From positions 1-41,072 of the forward strand of contig DRAE01000043.1 in assembly GCA_011041895.1 (NCBI GenBank): DNA of 41,072 nucleotides. The letters run 5' to 3'. This document shows positions 40,288 through 41,072 of this stretch, piece by piece. Position numbers and translations under genes: made by a program. Each line of letters starts with the position of its first letter. Position 1 is the stretch's first letter. The stretch is from Candidatus Bathyarchaeota archaeon. GTDB lineage: Archaea > Thermoproteota > DRAE01. The notes under the pieces are model-generated. The model searched no databases and was not told the origin of the DNA. It worked only from the letters and a program-made list of their open reading frames with translations.

Positions 40288-41072
40288 TTGAAGCTGAATG
40301 AATTCTACCTAGCAAGGAACCCCCCAATAGTGACGGACAGACTTTCATACGACAGAATGCTAGATGAGCTAATGCATTCAGGCGTAGGTGATCTAATAGT
40401 CACTGATGAAAATGGAACATACAGGGGGCTGCTTAGGTGTACAACTTTAATGAGGCAAGCCTCAGAGGAGCACTGGGAACTTCTCCTAGATAAAAATGCC
40501 CCTGCATTCAAGCTTGGAGATAACCTAAAGAGCGTTCTAAGGAAAATTATTGAACATCGTATGTCAAGTGCTGCAGTAGTTGATGAGAATAATAAAGTGA
40601 TAGGCGGGATAACTGACTGGGAGCTCTTAGCGAAAGTTATCCTTAGACTAACTACTAAGGTTACAGTAGAAGATTTAGCGGAGGTTGAGCCATTTTCAAC
40701 GATATGGTGGGGAACTCCACTCTACTTAGCCAAAAGGATAATGGACATTGACAAAAGTACATGTGCAATTCTGATAGATGAACATGGCAAGCTAGCAGGA
40801 ACCTTAGATTATCCGGCAATTCTACGAGGAAGCGAGAGAGTAACCGTTGAAAAGACTTCAAGTCTCATAGGGCCATCAGGCGACGTGGGAGGATGGGATC
40901 CAGATTCTATATTTTACATCACGAAAAAGGTGCTTACACCATCAAACAAGCCATGCAAAGAGTTCATGTATCCTCTTCTGACATGCTACCAGGAGAGCAG
41001 CGTTCAAGAATGTGCAAAGAACATGCTTATAAAAAGAGTTCCTGCAATTGTAGTGATAGACTATAATGAGAA
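40288..41072 (+). CDS. CBS-domain protein, partial (continues past the window end)
   Basis: My own translation from TTG 40288 stays open to base 41072. It is absent from the ORF track because there is no stop. Repeated CBS-like segments are GDLIVTDENGTYRGLL, SSAAVVDENNKVIGGITDWELL, TCAILIDEHGKLAGTL and VPAIVVIDYNE. Confidence 0.7.
   Translation, partial: MKLNEFYLARNPPIVTDRLSYDRMLDELMHSGVGDLIVTDENGTYRGLLRCTTLMRQASEEHWELLLDKNAPAFKLGDNLKSVLRKIIEHRMSSAAVVDENNKVIGGITDWELLAKVILRLTTKVTVEDLAEVEPFSTIWWGTPLYLAKRIMDIDKSTCAILIDEHGKLAGTLDYPAILRGSERVTVEKTSSLIGPSGDVGGWDPDSIFYITKKVLTPSNKPCKEFMYPLLTCYQESSVQECAKNMLIKRVPAIVVIDYNE

Overview
This window looks like a chromosomal core region of a hyperthermophilic archaeon, probably crenarchaeal (TACK-type). 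The coding DNA is AT-rich, while the stable-RNA genes are sharply GC-rich. No organism can be named from the sequence alone.

Content from start to end:
- A partial glycoprotein gene on the minus strand, followed by DUF354-like, FUN14-like and small Lrp/AsnC RAM-domain genes.
- A tRNA with a CAU anticodon.
- A minus-strand 16S-23S rRNA operon with long processing stems. A roughly 258-nt GC-rich structured RNA sits immediately downstream of it; I read this RNA as a compact RNase P RNA candidate.
- A divergent, tightly packed cluster of five tRNAs: Ala, His, Leu, Ser, Asn.
- Eukaryote-like information-processing arrays:
  - aIF2beta, aIF1A, Rio, KH/Dim2, Top6B, Top6A
  - SRP54, Pus10, L21e, RpoF, DUF655, KsgA, L10e, Dph2, Csl4, RpoL, TFS
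  - PCNA, PriL, PriS, GINS, L44e, S27e, aIF2alpha, Nop10
- A gcvT-gcvH-aglB array and a CofE-like ligase.
- A type IA topoisomerase, three poorly characterised genes, and Sec61beta.
- A four-subunit 2-oxoacid:ferredoxin oxidoreductase, GlyA, and a partial CBS-domain gene.

No CRISPR array, mobile element or defence island is visible.

The most unusual observations are:
- The RNase P-like RNA abuts the 23S processing stem.
- aIF2alpha has no canonical start codon. Its frame follows the S27e TAG stop directly, and an AUA codon sits behind a GGAGGT motif.
- A small three-TM protein resembles eukaryotic OSTC/Ost3-family subunits.

All ORF-track entries inside the rRNA and tRNA regions are artefacts. 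Three real genes are missing from the track because they run off the window edge or are shorter than 60 aa.
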